This document shows positions 47,718-58,100 of a DNA stretch of 64,000 bases, piece by piece. The translations under genes were made by a program, and so were the position numbers. Each line of letters starts with the position of its first letter. Positions within the stretch are counted from its first letter, which is position 1. The DNA lies in the IMG/VR virus record IMGVR_UViG_3300009082_000959. The stretch is one strand, 5' to 3'. Origin of the DNA: a virus (lineage: Duplodnaviria > Caudoviricetes). Below the pieces are notes generated by a model. It was not told the DNA's origin. It was given only the letters and a program-made list of their open reading frames with translations, and did no database searches.

Positions 47718-48935
47718 ATGAAAGAAAGTTTAAATGTAAGATTAAATTCGTGGCTTTCTGGAAATTTAAGTTGGGCGTACGTAATGGGTAGGTTGGGTCA
47801 GGCTTTCGAGGAATTGGGGCATAATGTCTATACAATTTCCACCAACGGATTGAAAAATTCTGATCCATATTTTAATGAAGATAAAATGCTTAAGTCTGTC
47901 GCGGAACTTCAAAAATTTGGGCCGGGGAAACAAGCAATAAATATTGATCTTACCTATACGGTGCCACAAAATTTTCCAAAACGTTTTTTGCAAAATTCAA
48001 AAAACCGTTGTGCGATATACAACTACGAGACATGGAGCCCTGATGGTGGTTGGCCTAAAGACTGGGCAAAGTATTATGGACTAGTTGACTACTTTTTCCC
48101 AAGTTCTAGCTTCAGTGCTGAAGTGTTTGTTTTAAATAAAGTGCCGGCCCATAAAATTTTTGTTATACCGCACGGTGTCGATCAAAAAGTCTTCAATCCA
48201 TCTATACCAAAAATCAAATTAAACACTGATAAAAAGTATAAGTTTGTGTCAGTTACAGCACCACACTTTAGGAAAAATATTCCAGGGTTGCTGCACGCTT
48301 ACTGCCAAGCGTTTAGTGCTGCCGACGATGTTTGCTTGGTTCTCAAGACAAAGGCTTTCAAGCACTCCGATGGAATATACGACGCCCAGAAAAATCCTAA
48401 TGGTCGTAAGGGATTTGAAATAGTATTAGGAGACACATTTAAAGAAATTGCAAAGAAATATGGAAAAAATATTCCAAGCATAGAATTAGTTCAGGGACAT
48501 GTGGAGAATGTAGCGAGTGTCTACAATGCTGCTAGTTGTAATATTAGTTGTACTGGTAGTGAGGGGAACGGAATGATTTTTAGTGAAGCATTATCCTGTG
48601 GCCTTTTGAATATAGCACCCAGATACTCGGGGCAATTAGATCTGCTTAATGACGATAATTCTCTTCTAATTGATACCACCTTACGGCCCGCCAAAAATAC
48701 GGAACAGTACTGGAATTATAATCCAAAGAGTATGATTGGAGAGGTAAGTATTTCACACGCAGCAGAATTAATGCAAAAAGCACACAAAGAGCATGACACG
48801 CTATTAGAAAAGTTTAGACCAAATGTTGAGAAGGCAATTAAAGAATTATCCTGGACGAATCAAGTGCAAAAAATTATTAATGCTGTTTCTGGAAATGCAA
48901 AGCCATATGTGTCAGGAACTTATAAATTAAAATAA
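47718..48935 (+). CDS. Glycosyltransferase family 4 (GT-B)
   Basis: VIPHGVD, RKNIPGLLHAY and EGNGMIFSEALSCG (E-x7-E signature). Confidence 0.88.
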   Translation: MKESLNVRLNSWLSGNLSWAYVMGRLGQAFEELGHNVYTISTNGLKNSDPYFNEDKMLKSVAELQKFGPGKQAINIDLTYTVPQNFPKRFLQNSKNRCAIYNYETWSPDGGWPKDWAKYYGLVDYFFPSSSFSAEVFVLNKVPAHKIFVIPHGVDQKVFNPSIPKIKLNTDKKYKFVSVTAPHFRKNIPGLLHAYCQAFSAADDVCLVLKTKAFKHSDGIYDAQKNPNGRKGFEIVLGDTFKEIAKKYGKNIPSIELVQGHVENVASVYNAASCNISCTGSEGNGMIFSEALSCGLLNIAPRYSGQLDLLNDDNSLLIDTTLRPAKNTEQYWNYNPKSMIGEVSISHAAELMQKAHKEHDTLLEKFRPNVEKAIKELSWTNQVQKIINAVSGNAKPYVSGTYKLK

Positions 48936-50213
48936 ATGCGTAAAAAAATAACATTAGGGTATTGTTGCGATTTAGCAAAAAAGAAAAACGGCAAATGTTT
49001 GTCAACCGAATATGAACATTCTCATGCTAAAATGTTTTGGGAGTGTGAACAAGGGCATCGATGGCAAGCGAGTGTAAATACTATTCAACATGGGCATTGG
49101 TGTCTTGATTGCTCCGGGTTACGAAAAAAAGATCTCAAGTGGTGTTGTGAATTAGCCAGAGAAAAGGGAGGGAAGTGCTTATCTACAGGATATAAAAACA
49201 ATCGCGAAGCTATGCTATGGCAATGTTCAGAAGAACACCAATGGTGGGCGTGTGTGGGCTCTATTAAACAAGGAACCTGGTGTCCTTTCTGTGCGGGGAC
49301 AAATAAAAAAGACCTTCAATGGTGTTGTGATTTGGCAAAAAAGAAAAATGGTAAATGTTTGTCAACTGAATATAAAAACGCTTTAACTGACATGCTATGG
49401 GAGTGTGAGTATGGACACCAGTGGGAAGCAAAGGCAAATACTATTAATAACGGACACTGGTGTTCGCTGTGCGCCGGTAATAAAAAGAAAAATCTTGAAT
49501 GGTGTTGCTCGATGGCAAAAAAGAAAAACGGCAAGTGTTTGTCAACTGAATACGAACATTCTAATGCTAAAATGTTTTGGGAGTGCGCATTGGGACATCA
49601 GTGGTCAACAACGGCCCACATGATTCAAAGCGGACATTGGTGTTCTACTTGCGGATGGCAAAAGAAAAACCTTGGATGGTGTTGCGAATTAGCAGAAAAA
49701 AGAGGCGGGAAATGTTTGTCAACCGACTATAAAAATAATTGTACAAATATGTTGTGGCAGTGTTCAGAAGAACATCGGTGGAATGCGAGCGCAAGCAACA
49801 TTCAACGTGGGTCTTGGTGCCCAGAATGTAAAAATAAAACTCAAAGAAAATTAAAACAAATTATAATGGAAATTTTTAATCTGACGGAAAAACAGGTTGC
49901 GTTTAATTTTACTGGATTTGATTGGTTAAAAACGATTAAAAACAATAAACAAGAAATAGATATTTGGTTACCAGAGAAAAAACTTGCCATAGAATATGAT
50001 GGAGAACAACATTTTGGGCCAGTTAATTTTGGTGGCATCGGGGCAGAAAAAGCTCAAGCAAATTTTATTAAAACACAGTTTCTTGATATTATTAAAAATG
50101 AAAAAATCTCTGCTCATCCAGAGGATGTACAATATTTTGTAAGGTTTAGCTACAAAGAACCGATTACCATTGAACATGTTAGAGAAAAATTAATTAAAGA
50201 GGGAATCAAATGA
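48936..50213 (+). CDS. Zinc-ribbon repeat protein with C-terminal PD-(D/E)xK (Vsr/DUF559-like) nuclease
   Basis: Five repeats GKCLS..Y......W.C..GH.W......I..G.WC..C, then EIDIWLPEKKLAIEYDGEQH. Confidence 0.85.
   Translation: MRKKITLGYCCDLAKKKNGKCLSTEYEHSHAKMFWECEQGHRWQASVNTIQHGHWCLDCSGLRKKDLKWCCELAREKGGKCLSTGYKNNREAMLWQCSEEHQWWACVGSIKQGTWCPFCAGTNKKDLQWCCDLAKKKNGKCLSTEYKNALTDMLWECEYGHQWEAKANTINNGHWCSLCAGNKKKNLEWCCSMAKKKNGKCLSTEYEHSNAKMFWECALGHQWSTTAHMIQSGHWCSTCGWQKKNLGWCCELAEKRGGKCLSTDYKNNCTNMLWQCSEEHRWNASASNIQRGSWCPECKNKTQRKLKQIIMEIFNLTEKQVAFNFTGFDWLKTIKNNKQEIDIWLPEKKLAIEYDGEQHFGPVNFGGIGAEKAQANFIKTQFLDIIKNEKISAHPEDVQYFVRFSYKEPITIEHVREKLIKEGIK
48945..49829 (+). repeat. Five tandem zinc-ribbon coding repeats with 180-nt period
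   Basis: The CC codon pairs start at 48963, 49143, 49323, 49503 and 49680. Confidence 0.9.
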
Positions 50214-50890
50214 AAGTCTCAATTATCATTCCTGTTTACAATCAATTAAAATTAACAATAAAGTGTTTATCGGATGTCCTTAACACTTGCGATATTGATT
50301 TCGAAACAATAGTTGTAGATGATTGTTCAGCAAAAGAACCAATATCAAAAATACTACCAAAACTTTTCCCAAATATTAAACTTATAACCAACGCAACTAA
50401 CCTTGGATTTGCCAAAAGTATCAATGCTGGTATCGAGAATTCTGCTGGAGAGTTTTTGTGTTTTCTTAATAACGATACAGAGTTGCCTAACCCGCGATGG
50501 CTTAAAATTTTAGTCGACGCAATGCAGGACTATGATATCACCGGTCCTGCTGGTGGTCGTCTCAACAAGAATTACGACTATTTGCCAGGAGAAGCGAAAA
50601 AAAGAGGAGAGGACTTTCAATTTATCTCGTTTTGGTGTAGTATGCTAAAGCGAGAGGTGATAGAGAAAATAGGACCGCTGCCACTAAATTTTCAACTGGG
50701 ATATTGGGAGGATGTTTATTTTTGTCATATGGCCAAGGAGGCCGGTTTCAAAATGGGCATAACGGAAGGAACAGAGGTAAAACACTTGTATCACCAAACA
50801 TTTAAAGCAGAGGGTTTTAATCTACAAGAAGAATACAACAAAAACAGAAAAATATTTTTAGGACTAATTGGAAAGGAAAATAAAAAATGA
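50210..50890 (+). CDS. Glycosyltransferase family 2
   Basis: VSIIIPVYN, VVDDCS, NLGFAKSIN, FLNNDT, YWEDVYFC. Confidence 0.9.
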   Translation: MKVSIIIPVYNQLKLTIKCLSDVLNTCDIDFETIVVDDCSAKEPISKILPKLFPNIKLITNATNLGFAKSINAGIENSAGEFLCFLNNDTELPNPRWLKILVDAMQDYDITGPAGGRLNKNYDYLPGEAKKRGEDFQFISFWCSMLKREVIEKIGPLPLNFQLGYWEDVYFCHMAKEAGFKMGITEGTEVKHLYHQTFKAEGFNLQEEYNKNRKIFLGLIGKENKK

Positions 50891-51162
50891 GTAAGCCAAA
50901 GTTTAGTGTTCAGGAAAGTTGGGACAATAGCGGAGACGTAGATGTATGGTTTATCGAGGGCATATCTAATAATTTAGAAGAGAAGGTAGCAAGCCAATTG
51001 AACGAGGAGCTTGCCAGACTTCGGCCGCAAGAAAAAAGCGTATTTCATGTTGAGCGTGCAGTTGAAAAAATTATAGACGGAATGCACCGCGGCGGCAACT
51101 TAATAAAAAATAGGAAAAACAAGTGGGCCTGGGCTGAATCGGTTTACGCGGTTTGTAAATGA
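50887..51162 (+). CDS. Hypothetical protein
   Basis: 91 aa with ATGA overlaps at both ends. Confidence 0.65.
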   Translation: MSKPKFSVQESWDNSGDVDVWFIEGISNNLEEKVASQLNEELARLRPQEKSVFHVERAVEKIIDGMHRGGNLIKNRKNKWAWAESVYAVCK

Positions 51163-51509
51163 AAGTAAATCACGAAAAACAAATAGCGCGGCTGGTTGAT
51201 TTGGTTGGTAGGCTTGAGGCGCTAACAGAAAATAAGATAGAGCCTGAGGTCTTGCATTCGGCAAAAAGCTTTCTATTGAATTTACCCAAAACACACGAGA
51301 CGCCCAAAGTAGCGCCAGACGGAGAGGGCGGTATTATTTTTGCATGGGAAGTGGGGAAGACAGTCCGTATTTTGTCGGTGGATAGTCTTTGTTTGCATCT
51401 TGTAATTATTAATAAAGGACAATCAACCTCTTATCTAGAGGACATAGATTATGAAGAGGGTAAGATTCCAGAATTAATATTGGATAATCTTCCAAGAAAA
51501 GGCATATAA
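51159..51509 (+). CDS. Hypothetical protein
   Basis: 116 aa, translationally coupled; contains PKVAPDGEGGIIFAW. Confidence 0.65.
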   Translation: MKVNHEKQIARLVDLVGRLEALTENKIEPEVLHSAKSFLLNLPKTHETPKVAPDGEGGIIFAWEVGKTVRILSVDSLCLHLVIINKGQSTSYLEDIDYEEGKIPELILDNLPRKGI

Positions 51510-52331
51510 ATGCAGATTGATATTTGCACAACAACTTATCGCAATACCGCAAAACTTAAGACATTTCTTTCATCTGTGGTATCTAAAACCAAGTACGTAG
51601 ACTATAAGATTTTTGTTTTAGCAAATGATCCCAACGACGAAGTAAAAAAGGTAATAGAAGACTCCATGTATCTGGATGGCATTCTTTTTAATGACCGAAT
51701 AGAGCCAGTGTTCAATGACGACAACAGTGGTTCCTTTTCTTCAAACAATAATTTAATAGCGGCCGAAGGAAATGGAGACTACATTCTTTTTGCAAACGAC
51801 GACACTTACCCAATCAACGAAGATTGGCTACACCAGATGTCTCGAGTACTGGTTTCCGATCAGAAAGTTGGAGTAGTTGGCGCATTGTTGCTCTACCCCG
51901 GAGCTAAAATAATTCAACACTGTGGTGTTTTCTTCAGCCACCGCACAAATAATTTACCATATCACATGTTTTTTCGTAAGCCACTCAAAGAAGTGGCCGG
52001 TTTTGTTTACATGCCAAGATACTATCAAGCAGTTACTGGTGCTTGTATGCTGGTGAGGAGATCCGATTTTGAAAAAATCGGTGGGTTCTCAGAGGATTAT
52101 TGGTATTCTTTTGAAGATACCGATTTATGCATCAATATGAAAAGCAAGCTAAAGAAATCATGTGTGTTTACTCCTATGGCACAATTAATACACGCGGAGG
52201 GAATTTCTGGAACACAACCAAGGCTGACGGAGAACATAAATGCTTTTCGTAAAAATTGTGCTGGGAAATATTACAATGATTTGGAGTTTTATCAGAACGA
52301 TCCAAGATTTATGTTATACAAAACAAAATAA
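51510..52331 (+). CDS. Glycosyltransferase family 2
   Basis: FANDDT, VGALLLYP...IQHCG, AVTGACMLVRRSDFEKIGGFSEDYWYSFEDTDLC. Confidence 0.9.
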   Translation: MQIDICTTTYRNTAKLKTFLSSVVSKTKYVDYKIFVLANDPNDEVKKVIEDSMYLDGILFNDRIEPVFNDDNSGSFSSNNNLIAAEGNGDYILFANDDTYPINEDWLHQMSRVLVSDQKVGVVGALLLYPGAKIIQHCGVFFSHRTNNLPYHMFFRKPLKEVAGFVYMPRYYQAVTGACMLVRRSDFEKIGGFSEDYWYSFEDTDLCINMKSKLKKSCVFTPMAQLIHAEGISGTQPRLTENINAFRKNCAGKYYNDLEFYQNDPRFMLYKTK

Positions 52332-54277
52332 TGTTTCCAAAAAACTACAAGACTGAAAGCGCAACAATAGTAAATAAGAAAAAAGGTTCTGTAATATCTT
52401 TATCAAAACCACGTTCAAAAATTCTAATTCCGTTCGAAATAGATCTTAAAACTACCTATGAACTAATAATAGTCGCATCTAAAGTTAGTGGAAATGGTTG
52501 TTTATTTGTTTCAATAGAAGACAATAATCCAGTTGCAGTCTTGGTTGATGGAAACGAGGAAGACGAATACAGAGTTGTTCTTGGAAAATGTGGTGGTAAG
52601 TTTTTTAAGATTAGCAGAGAAACCAGAGGAACCGGGTGTCTGTATGTAAAATCCGTTGTAATATTATCTACTAATAAGGAGATAGACACAAAATCAATTG
52701 TGTTTGGATCAAGGAAACTAATGAAAACTAGGCAGAAAAAAACATACTATAATGTTGGTGGTGTAATTTGTAGCGGCAAAGATTTTCCCTTGGTTTCTAT
52801 TATTACACCAACTAGAGATGGCCACGATTTAATAGAAAGTTGCTACAAAGCAATAAAAGAAAACACTATTTATCCGAACTGGGAATGGATAATTGGTGAT
52901 AGTAATTCTCAAGATGGAACTTCTGAACTGATTAAGTCTTGGCAAGACTCCAGAATAAAATTAGTGGAAAGAAAAACAACAGAGGGATCATTTTCTTCGA
53001 TAAATAATGAGTTGGCTTCAAAGGCACTAGGGGAATATCTGCTATTTTTGAACGATGACACACAACCGCAGTCGTTTTGGTTGTGTAGTATGATGTCTCA
53101 AATTAGGACCGCGGATGTCGGTGTGGTCGGAGCACAATTATTATACCCGAACGGACAAGTACAACACGCTGGAGTTGCATTTACCGCACAGGGACCAGTT
53201 AATATTGGTAAAGCTGTACTGGGTTCGTTTCAAGAAAATTTCAGCAACACAAATCACGAGCTACAAGCAATTACCGGCGCTTGTATGTTAGTAAGAAAAA
53301 CAGACTTTCTCGAAGTAGGTGGGTTTGATGAAGGATATTATTTTTGTTATGAAGACGTGGATCTTTGTTTAAAAATTAATAAACAATTAAATAAAAAAAT
53401 AGTTTATGCTTCGGCCGCAAAAGTAATTCATGCAGAAAGCGTTTCTCAAAAAAAGTATCCGACATCTGGAACAAAACAAAAAGATGGCATAGCTTTATTT
53501 AAAAGTAGGTGGCTGAACAAAGTTGATTTGGATTTTCTAAAACTAATGAAAGAAAAAAACTTTGACCGCCTAGATGTGTCATTTGTTGTGTGTGTTAGTA
53601 ATAAAGAACAATTAGCAACGCATGTGGTTGGCTCTTTGCTACACAGTAAAACTAAAAAGAAAATCGAGATTGTGCCCATTTTTAATGAGGGGAATAGATA
53701 TAGTGCAGCACAAGCATTAAACCTCGGCACTGATACTGCAAAATCTAATTTGATTGTTTTATGCCACCAGGATGTAGCATTTTTCGAAGACTGGATAGAC
53801 AATTTATTTGAAAGAATTTCAGAAATAGAAACTGAAACAAATAAGTGGGGCGTTCTGGGAACTGCTGGGATAACCAGAAAAGATGATACGATTGGAGTTG
53901 TCTATAGCGGTAGTGGTTCTATTCAATGGGGCTCTACCGTAAGGGCCAAAAAATTAAGAGTTCAGACTGTAGATGAGCATTGTATGGTGATTAAAAAGAA
54001 CTCTGGATTGCGGTTTGATGAGAAAAATTTTGACGGATTTCACTTGTATGGTCCAGACATATGTTTGGAGGCAGAGAGTCGCGGATTTCAGAATTTTGGA
54101 ATACTTTGTCCATTGATTCATAATTCTGCGTCAGCAAGCACAAATACCGGCAAATCAGAATTTATGAGGGTCCTAAAAGTGCTGGCAGACAAGTGGGGTA
54201 GTAAATACCCGAAAATTAGAACACCAACATCAGTGATAGACAACGGAAAATTACAAACATATATAAATTTTAAATAG
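52331..54277 (+). CDS. Multi-domain glycosyltransferase, paralog of 45595-47712
   Basis: Same three-part architecture; the first 76 aa of the GT2 domain are 71/76 identical to the paralog. Confidence 0.88.
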   Translation: MFPKNYKTESATIVNKKKGSVISLSKPRSKILIPFEIDLKTTYELIIVASKVSGNGCLFVSIEDNNPVAVLVDGNEEDEYRVVLGKCGGKFFKISRETRGTGCLYVKSVVILSTNKEIDTKSIVFGSRKLMKTRQKKTYYNVGGVICSGKDFPLVSIITPTRDGHDLIESCYKAIKENTIYPNWEWIIGDSNSQDGTSELIKSWQDSRIKLVERKTTEGSFSSINNELASKALGEYLLFLNDDTQPQSFWLCSMMSQIRTADVGVVGAQLLYPNGQVQHAGVAFTAQGPVNIGKAVLGSFQENFSNTNHELQAITGACMLVRKTDFLEVGGFDEGYYFCYEDVDLCLKINKQLNKKIVYASAAKVIHAESVSQKKYPTSGTKQKDGIALFKSRWLNKVDLDFLKLMKEKNFDRLDVSFVVCVSNKEQLATHVVGSLLHSKTKKKIEIVPIFNEGNRYSAAQALNLGTDTAKSNLIVLCHQDVAFFEDWIDNLFERISEIETETNKWGVLGTAGITRKDDTIGVVYSGSGSIQWGSTVRAKKLRVQTVDEHCMVIKKNSGLRFDEKNFDGFHLYGPDICLEAESRGFQNFGILCPLIHNSASASTNTGKSEFMRVLKVLADKWGSKYPKIRTPTSVIDNGKLQTYINFK

Positions 54278-54285
54278 GTGGTAAC

Positions 54286-55290
54286 ATGGCCGAAAAATTA
54301 ATGAGCATAATTATTTTGTCGTGGAATAGGTTGACTTATACGAAACAAACAGTCGAATGCGTGCTGAAAAAAACCAATATGCAGAATGAAATAGTACTCG
54401 TGGATAATAATAGCACAGAAGAATCGGGTGTTAGGCAATATTTGGACACTATTACTGGTAATGCAAATACCGTTAATGTTATACGACAATATAATTCAAA
54501 GAACCTTGGGGTCGGGGCTGGCCGGAACAGCGGCCTTATTCAGGCAAACGGTGATTTCCTTGCGACCATTGATGATGATGTGTTGATTCCTGACCATTGG
54601 GATGTAAAACTAGCAGAGGCATGCACCATGATACCGAAATTAGGAATTACTGGTGTTAATGTTGAGCCGGTAAAATATCCAGTTCAAACTATTAATGGAA
54701 TCAGGGTTAGGCCAAAAAACGGAAACTTGGGAGGAGCGTGTTTGTGTCTTCCAAGAAGAATATTGTCTAGCATAGGGTATTATAGGGTATTTGGGCAATA
54801 TGGGTTAGAGGACTCAGATTATTATGTTCGTTTAAAAGTCGCAGGACTAATGAGTGCGTATATAGAACCAAAAGGAATACATCTTGATACAGATAAAGAT
54901 AAAGCTTACAGAGCAGCAAAAACAAGAGCACAAACAAAGGGGTCGATACAAATAAGATCTTTTGCTGCGGCTAAGGCTTATTACGAAAAAACACGAAACG
55001 TATATGTTCCGTATACCCCATATGATCCAGATGCACCAGAGTGGAGTAATTTTGAGAGCATGGACGGAACACTAACCGCCAAAATTGATTTACGTAAGCT
55101 ACTAGACTTGTTTGATTTTACCAAAGGTATGAAATTAGGAAACAAAACAGAATTAATTAAAAGTGATTCTGAATTTTTAATTAATTCGGGTGCGGAAACA
55201 AGAAAGCTGACAGAAGAACAGTATAATATCTTAATAACAAAATTTGAGGAGTTCAATATTTTGTATTCAAAACAAACAAATCTTGGATAA
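54286..55290 (+). CDS. Glycosyltransferase family 2
   Basis: SIIILSWNR, LVDNNS, NLGVGAGRNSG, TIDDDV, YGLEDSDY. Confidence 0.88.
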   Translation: MAEKLMSIIILSWNRLTYTKQTVECVLKKTNMQNEIVLVDNNSTEESGVRQYLDTITGNANTVNVIRQYNSKNLGVGAGRNSGLIQANGDFLATIDDDVLIPDHWDVKLAEACTMIPKLGITGVNVEPVKYPVQTINGIRVRPKNGNLGGACLCLPRRILSSIGYYRVFGQYGLEDSDYYVRLKVAGLMSAYIEPKGIHLDTDKDKAYRAAKTRAQTKGSIQIRSFAAAKAYYEKTRNVYVPYTPYDPDAPEWSNFESMDGTLTAKIDLRKLLDLFDFTKGMKLGNKTELIKSDSEFLINSGAETRKLTEEQYNILITKFEEFNILYSKQTNLG

Positions 55291-55296
55291 AATATA

Positions 55297-56046
55297 ATGC
55301 TTTCAATAATAGTGCTGTGCTACAACCGTCTTGATTTTACCAAACAAACCATAAAGGCTCTTATGGAAAAGACAACGGTAAAGAGTGAATTTATTTTTGT
55401 GGATAATGCATCAACGGATGGAACAAAAAATTATTTGAAATCACTGAAACATAAAACCGGAGCAGTGAGAGAAATTTTGGTGTTCAATAAATTCAACCAA
55501 GGAATTTCTATCGGGCGTAATAAAGGAATAGTTCAGTCTCGTGGAGACTTCATACTTACTTTAGACAATGACATAATAGTCCCCGAAAATTATGATAAAC
55601 TCTTAATAGAGGCGTGCAATAAGATTAAAAACCTTGGGATGGTTGGCATTAGCGTAGAGAAACCAGACTATGATATTATTACGCAAAATGGCGTAAGTAT
55701 TCAGTACAAGAAAAACAACATAGGTGGCGCAGCGATTTGTTTGAGGCGCGAGATTTTTAATAGAATTGGATACTTTCACGCAGACCACTTGTACGGTGCA
55801 GAGGACTGTAATTACTATATTAGAATGCAATACCTTGGTTTAATAAATGGCTATATTATTCCAAAGGGCATTCATCTTGGATTAGAAGACTCGAAACAGG
55901 AATATAAATTACTTGCTCACAGTGCAGATTCGTATCAGGTTAAAAAACTAGCAGAAACTGTGGCAAAATATGTTAAGCGCGGAAGCGCATACGAACCTTA
56001 TGCAGAACCTCGCAAAATCAATAAGGATGGGTCGTTTGTATGGTAG
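55297..56046 (+). CDS. Glycosyltransferase family 2, tandem paralog of 54286-55290
   Basis: SIIVLCYNR, FVDNASTDG, TLDNDI, YGAEDCNY and shared PKGIHL. Confidence 0.88.
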   Translation: MLSIIVLCYNRLDFTKQTIKALMEKTTVKSEFIFVDNASTDGTKNYLKSLKHKTGAVREILVFNKFNQGISIGRNKGIVQSRGDFILTLDNDIIVPENYDKLLIEACNKIKNLGMVGISVEKPDYDIITQNGVSIQYKKNNIGGAAICLRREIFNRIGYFHADHLYGAEDCNYYIRMQYLGLINGYIIPKGIHLGLEDSKQEYKLLAHSADSYQVKKLAETVAKYVKRGSAYEPYAEPRKINKDGSFVW

Positions 56047-56074
56047 TTGTTATGTTGGTGACAAAAGCTTATAA

Positions 56075-56317
56075 ATGTATTATGCGGAGCAAACCATGAA
56101 AGTAGATATAACAGAAATGATTTTTAGCGCCTTAAAAGAATTTGGAATAGACTGCGACCGTAATAAAGAAGCAGTTCAAAATTTGCTACTGCATTTTAAG
56201 TTTGTAGATTTCAGCGGGTTTTTGGGTTGCACTGCCGATAATAGATTGCTTGCGGCTATTAATAATGCGGTGCGTGCAGAAGTTCGTCATAGCATAGAAT
56301 TAGGAAATTTTATATGA
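56075..56317 (+). CDS. Hypothetical protein (start may be 56096)
   Basis: 80 aa; GGAG precedes the ATG at 56096; ATGA overlap with the next gene. Confidence 0.6.
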   Translation: MYYAEQTMKVDITEMIFSALKEFGIDCDRNKEAVQNLLLHFKFVDFSGFLGCTADNRLLAAINNAVRAEVRHSIELGNFI

Positions 56318-57081
56318 AAAAAATAGTTCTGGTGAGTTTAGTGCACAACAGGAAAAACTTGGTTGGTTTAGCAATAGATTCTGCTTTGAATCAAACGCTA
56401 GATAAATCAAAGTGGATTCATTTATTGATTGACAATAATTCCACGGACGGAGCAGATAAAGTATGTGAAGCCTATGCCGCAAAATACCCACATATTCGTT
56501 TTGTGAAAATGGATAGTAATGTTGGCCAGCAGAAAGCATATAATTGGATATTAGATACATGGTTGCCGCAGAACGAACCAGCGGCAGAGATTCTTTCCGT
56601 ATTAGACAGTGATGACTTGTTGGTTAATATTGCCCTGGAAGAAGTAGAAAAAATGTTCGACGCTCACCCAGAAATAGGAATGACTTATTCTGGGTTTAGC
56701 ATTATAGACGACAATGGCAAATACAAGGTAAAGGATCACCCAAAAGCCAGATATGTTCCAAATCAATTCACTCCTGCGGGCCAAATGATTTTAAGAAAGA
56801 TATTTATTACGCAAAACCCAATAGGACACCAGCGTTCTTTTAGGATTTCTTGTTTAAGGGCTGTGGGCGGATTCAATACAAACTACCAGTATGCCACAGA
56901 CTATAATGCTGCTGGACGAATTTTAGAGAAATTTCCAGTAGTAAAGATAAACAAAGTTTTATATTTGTGGAGACAACACAAAAATCAAATAGAGAGACAA
57001 TGCTCGGCCCAACAAACACTGGATTGGAAGAACATGCAAAAAGAGTTTAGCGAGAGATGGAAAAAGCTAAAACTGATATAG
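56314..57081 (+). CDS. Glycosyltransferase family 2
   Basis: IDNNSTDG, VLDSDD, VGGFNTNYQYATDY, VLYLWRQH. Confidence 0.9.
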   Translation: MKKIVLVSLVHNRKNLVGLAIDSALNQTLDKSKWIHLLIDNNSTDGADKVCEAYAAKYPHIRFVKMDSNVGQQKAYNWILDTWLPQNEPAAEILSVLDSDDLLVNIALEEVEKMFDAHPEIGMTYSGFSIIDDNGKYKVKDHPKARYVPNQFTPAGQMILRKIFITQNPIGHQRSFRISCLRAVGGFNTNYQYATDYNAAGRILEKFPVVKINKVLYLWRQHKNQIERQCSAQQTLDWKNMQKEFSERWKKLKLI

Positions 57082-57088
57082 GAGTCAT

Positions 57089-57562
57089 ATGTTAAAAAAT
57101 TATCTTACAAAAGAAGAGTTCGAGTTGGAGTGGAATGTTAAGCTAATAAGTAAGAAACAATCGCTATGGATGAGGCTGACTGGTTGGTTTATTACGATTT
57201 TCAGCCCATACTTTATGATTGGAATGTTTACTACTTATAGGCTCCCGTTTCAGAAATACGGAACCATAGCACATCCTGACGGCCTAAATCCACTTAAATT
57301 TCCTGATGTGCTGGAACACGAACTTATGCATGTAGAACAGCAACGCACTGCTTGGGGCTTGTTTAAATCGGCGTTACTGTATTCCTTGCTACCGCTTCCC
57401 GTGTTTTTCTCTGGGCGATGGTTTGTGGAAAGAGAACCCTATTTAATGGACATCAGGAAAGGATTATTTACGCCAGAGCAAGCAGCGGACATACTCTGGG
57501 ACCATTATGCTTGGTGCTGGCCTAAATCTTTGATGATTAAGTGGTTTAAAGAGCATAAATAA
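57089..57562 (+). CDS. Putative zinc metallopeptidase (HExxH)
   Basis: VLEHELMHVEQQR motif, a downstream ERE, and two hydrophobic stretches. Confidence 0.55.
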   Translation: MLKNYLTKEEFELEWNVKLISKKQSLWMRLTGWFITIFSPYFMIGMFTTYRLPFQKYGTIAHPDGLNPLKFPDVLEHELMHVEQQRTAWGLFKSALLYSLLPLPVFFSGRWFVEREPYLMDIRKGLFTPEQAADILWDHYAWCWPKSLMIKWFKEHK

Positions 57563-57741
57563 TGGACCAAGAAAAGGCACTGATTTATGTATCTTATCTT
57601 GGAAAAACCAAGCCAAAGAGGTTGGGAGCAATACTGAAATTAATCCACACAACAGGAACAGGTTTTTTTGAGAAATATAGCACACCAACTGATACAATAC
57701 TATGTTTTATAAATAAATTGGTGGAGAAAAATCTTTTATGA
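57562..57741 (+). CDS. Small hypothetical protein, 59 aa, missing from the ORF track
   Basis: MDQEKALIYVSYLGKTKPKRLGAILKLIHTTGTGFFEKYSTPTDTILCFINKLVEKNLL; TAATG overlap upstream and ATGA overlap downstream. Confidence 0.65.
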   Translation: MDQEKALIYVSYLGKTKPKRLGAILKLIHTTGTGFFEKYSTPTDTILCFINKLVEKNLL

Positions 57742-58100
57742 CTATATGGGAACGAGAGAAACAGGCTTTCAGTGCTCTTAAAATACTGGGAAAGGAATTA
57801 GAGCAAGTTAGGGAATTACTAGAAGATGCTGACATAAACAATATAGATTCATTATGTACCGTTGCGGAAGAAATACTATTAGAATACGCTATGGCTCTTG
57901 AAGAATATCAGGTCACCGCGGCGGCTGGAAATTATACAAACGCTCTCGATCATTATTTGCTACGAACGCAAAGGTCGGAGATGTTGAAAATAATAAAGTG
58001 CGCAGCCAGCGGAAAATACAGCAAAAGCGAAATTATGGAAATGTCGATAAAATATTTGGAAGATATTAATGAAATGGTTAAAGTTTCGGAAGGAAATTAA
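57738..58100 (+). CDS. Hypothetical helical protein
   Basis: 120 aa, acidic and coiled-coil-like, coupled on both sides. Confidence 0.6.
   Translation: MTIWEREKQAFSALKILGKELEQVRELLEDADINNIDSLCTVAEEILLEYAMALEEYQVTAAAGNYTNALDHYLLRTQRSEMLKIIKCAASGKYSKSEIMEMSIKYLEDINEMVKVSEGN

Noticed and set aside
48945-49829. Regularly spaced repeats resembling a CRISPR array
   Set aside because: The period is 180 nt, the units are degenerate and in-frame protein repeats, and there are no identical short repeats with unique spacers.
46207-53413. Diversity-generating retroelement TR/VR pair suggested by near-identical segments
   Set aside because: Differences are mostly synonymous and involve all bases rather than only adenines, both copies are coding, and no reverse transcriptase gene is in the window.
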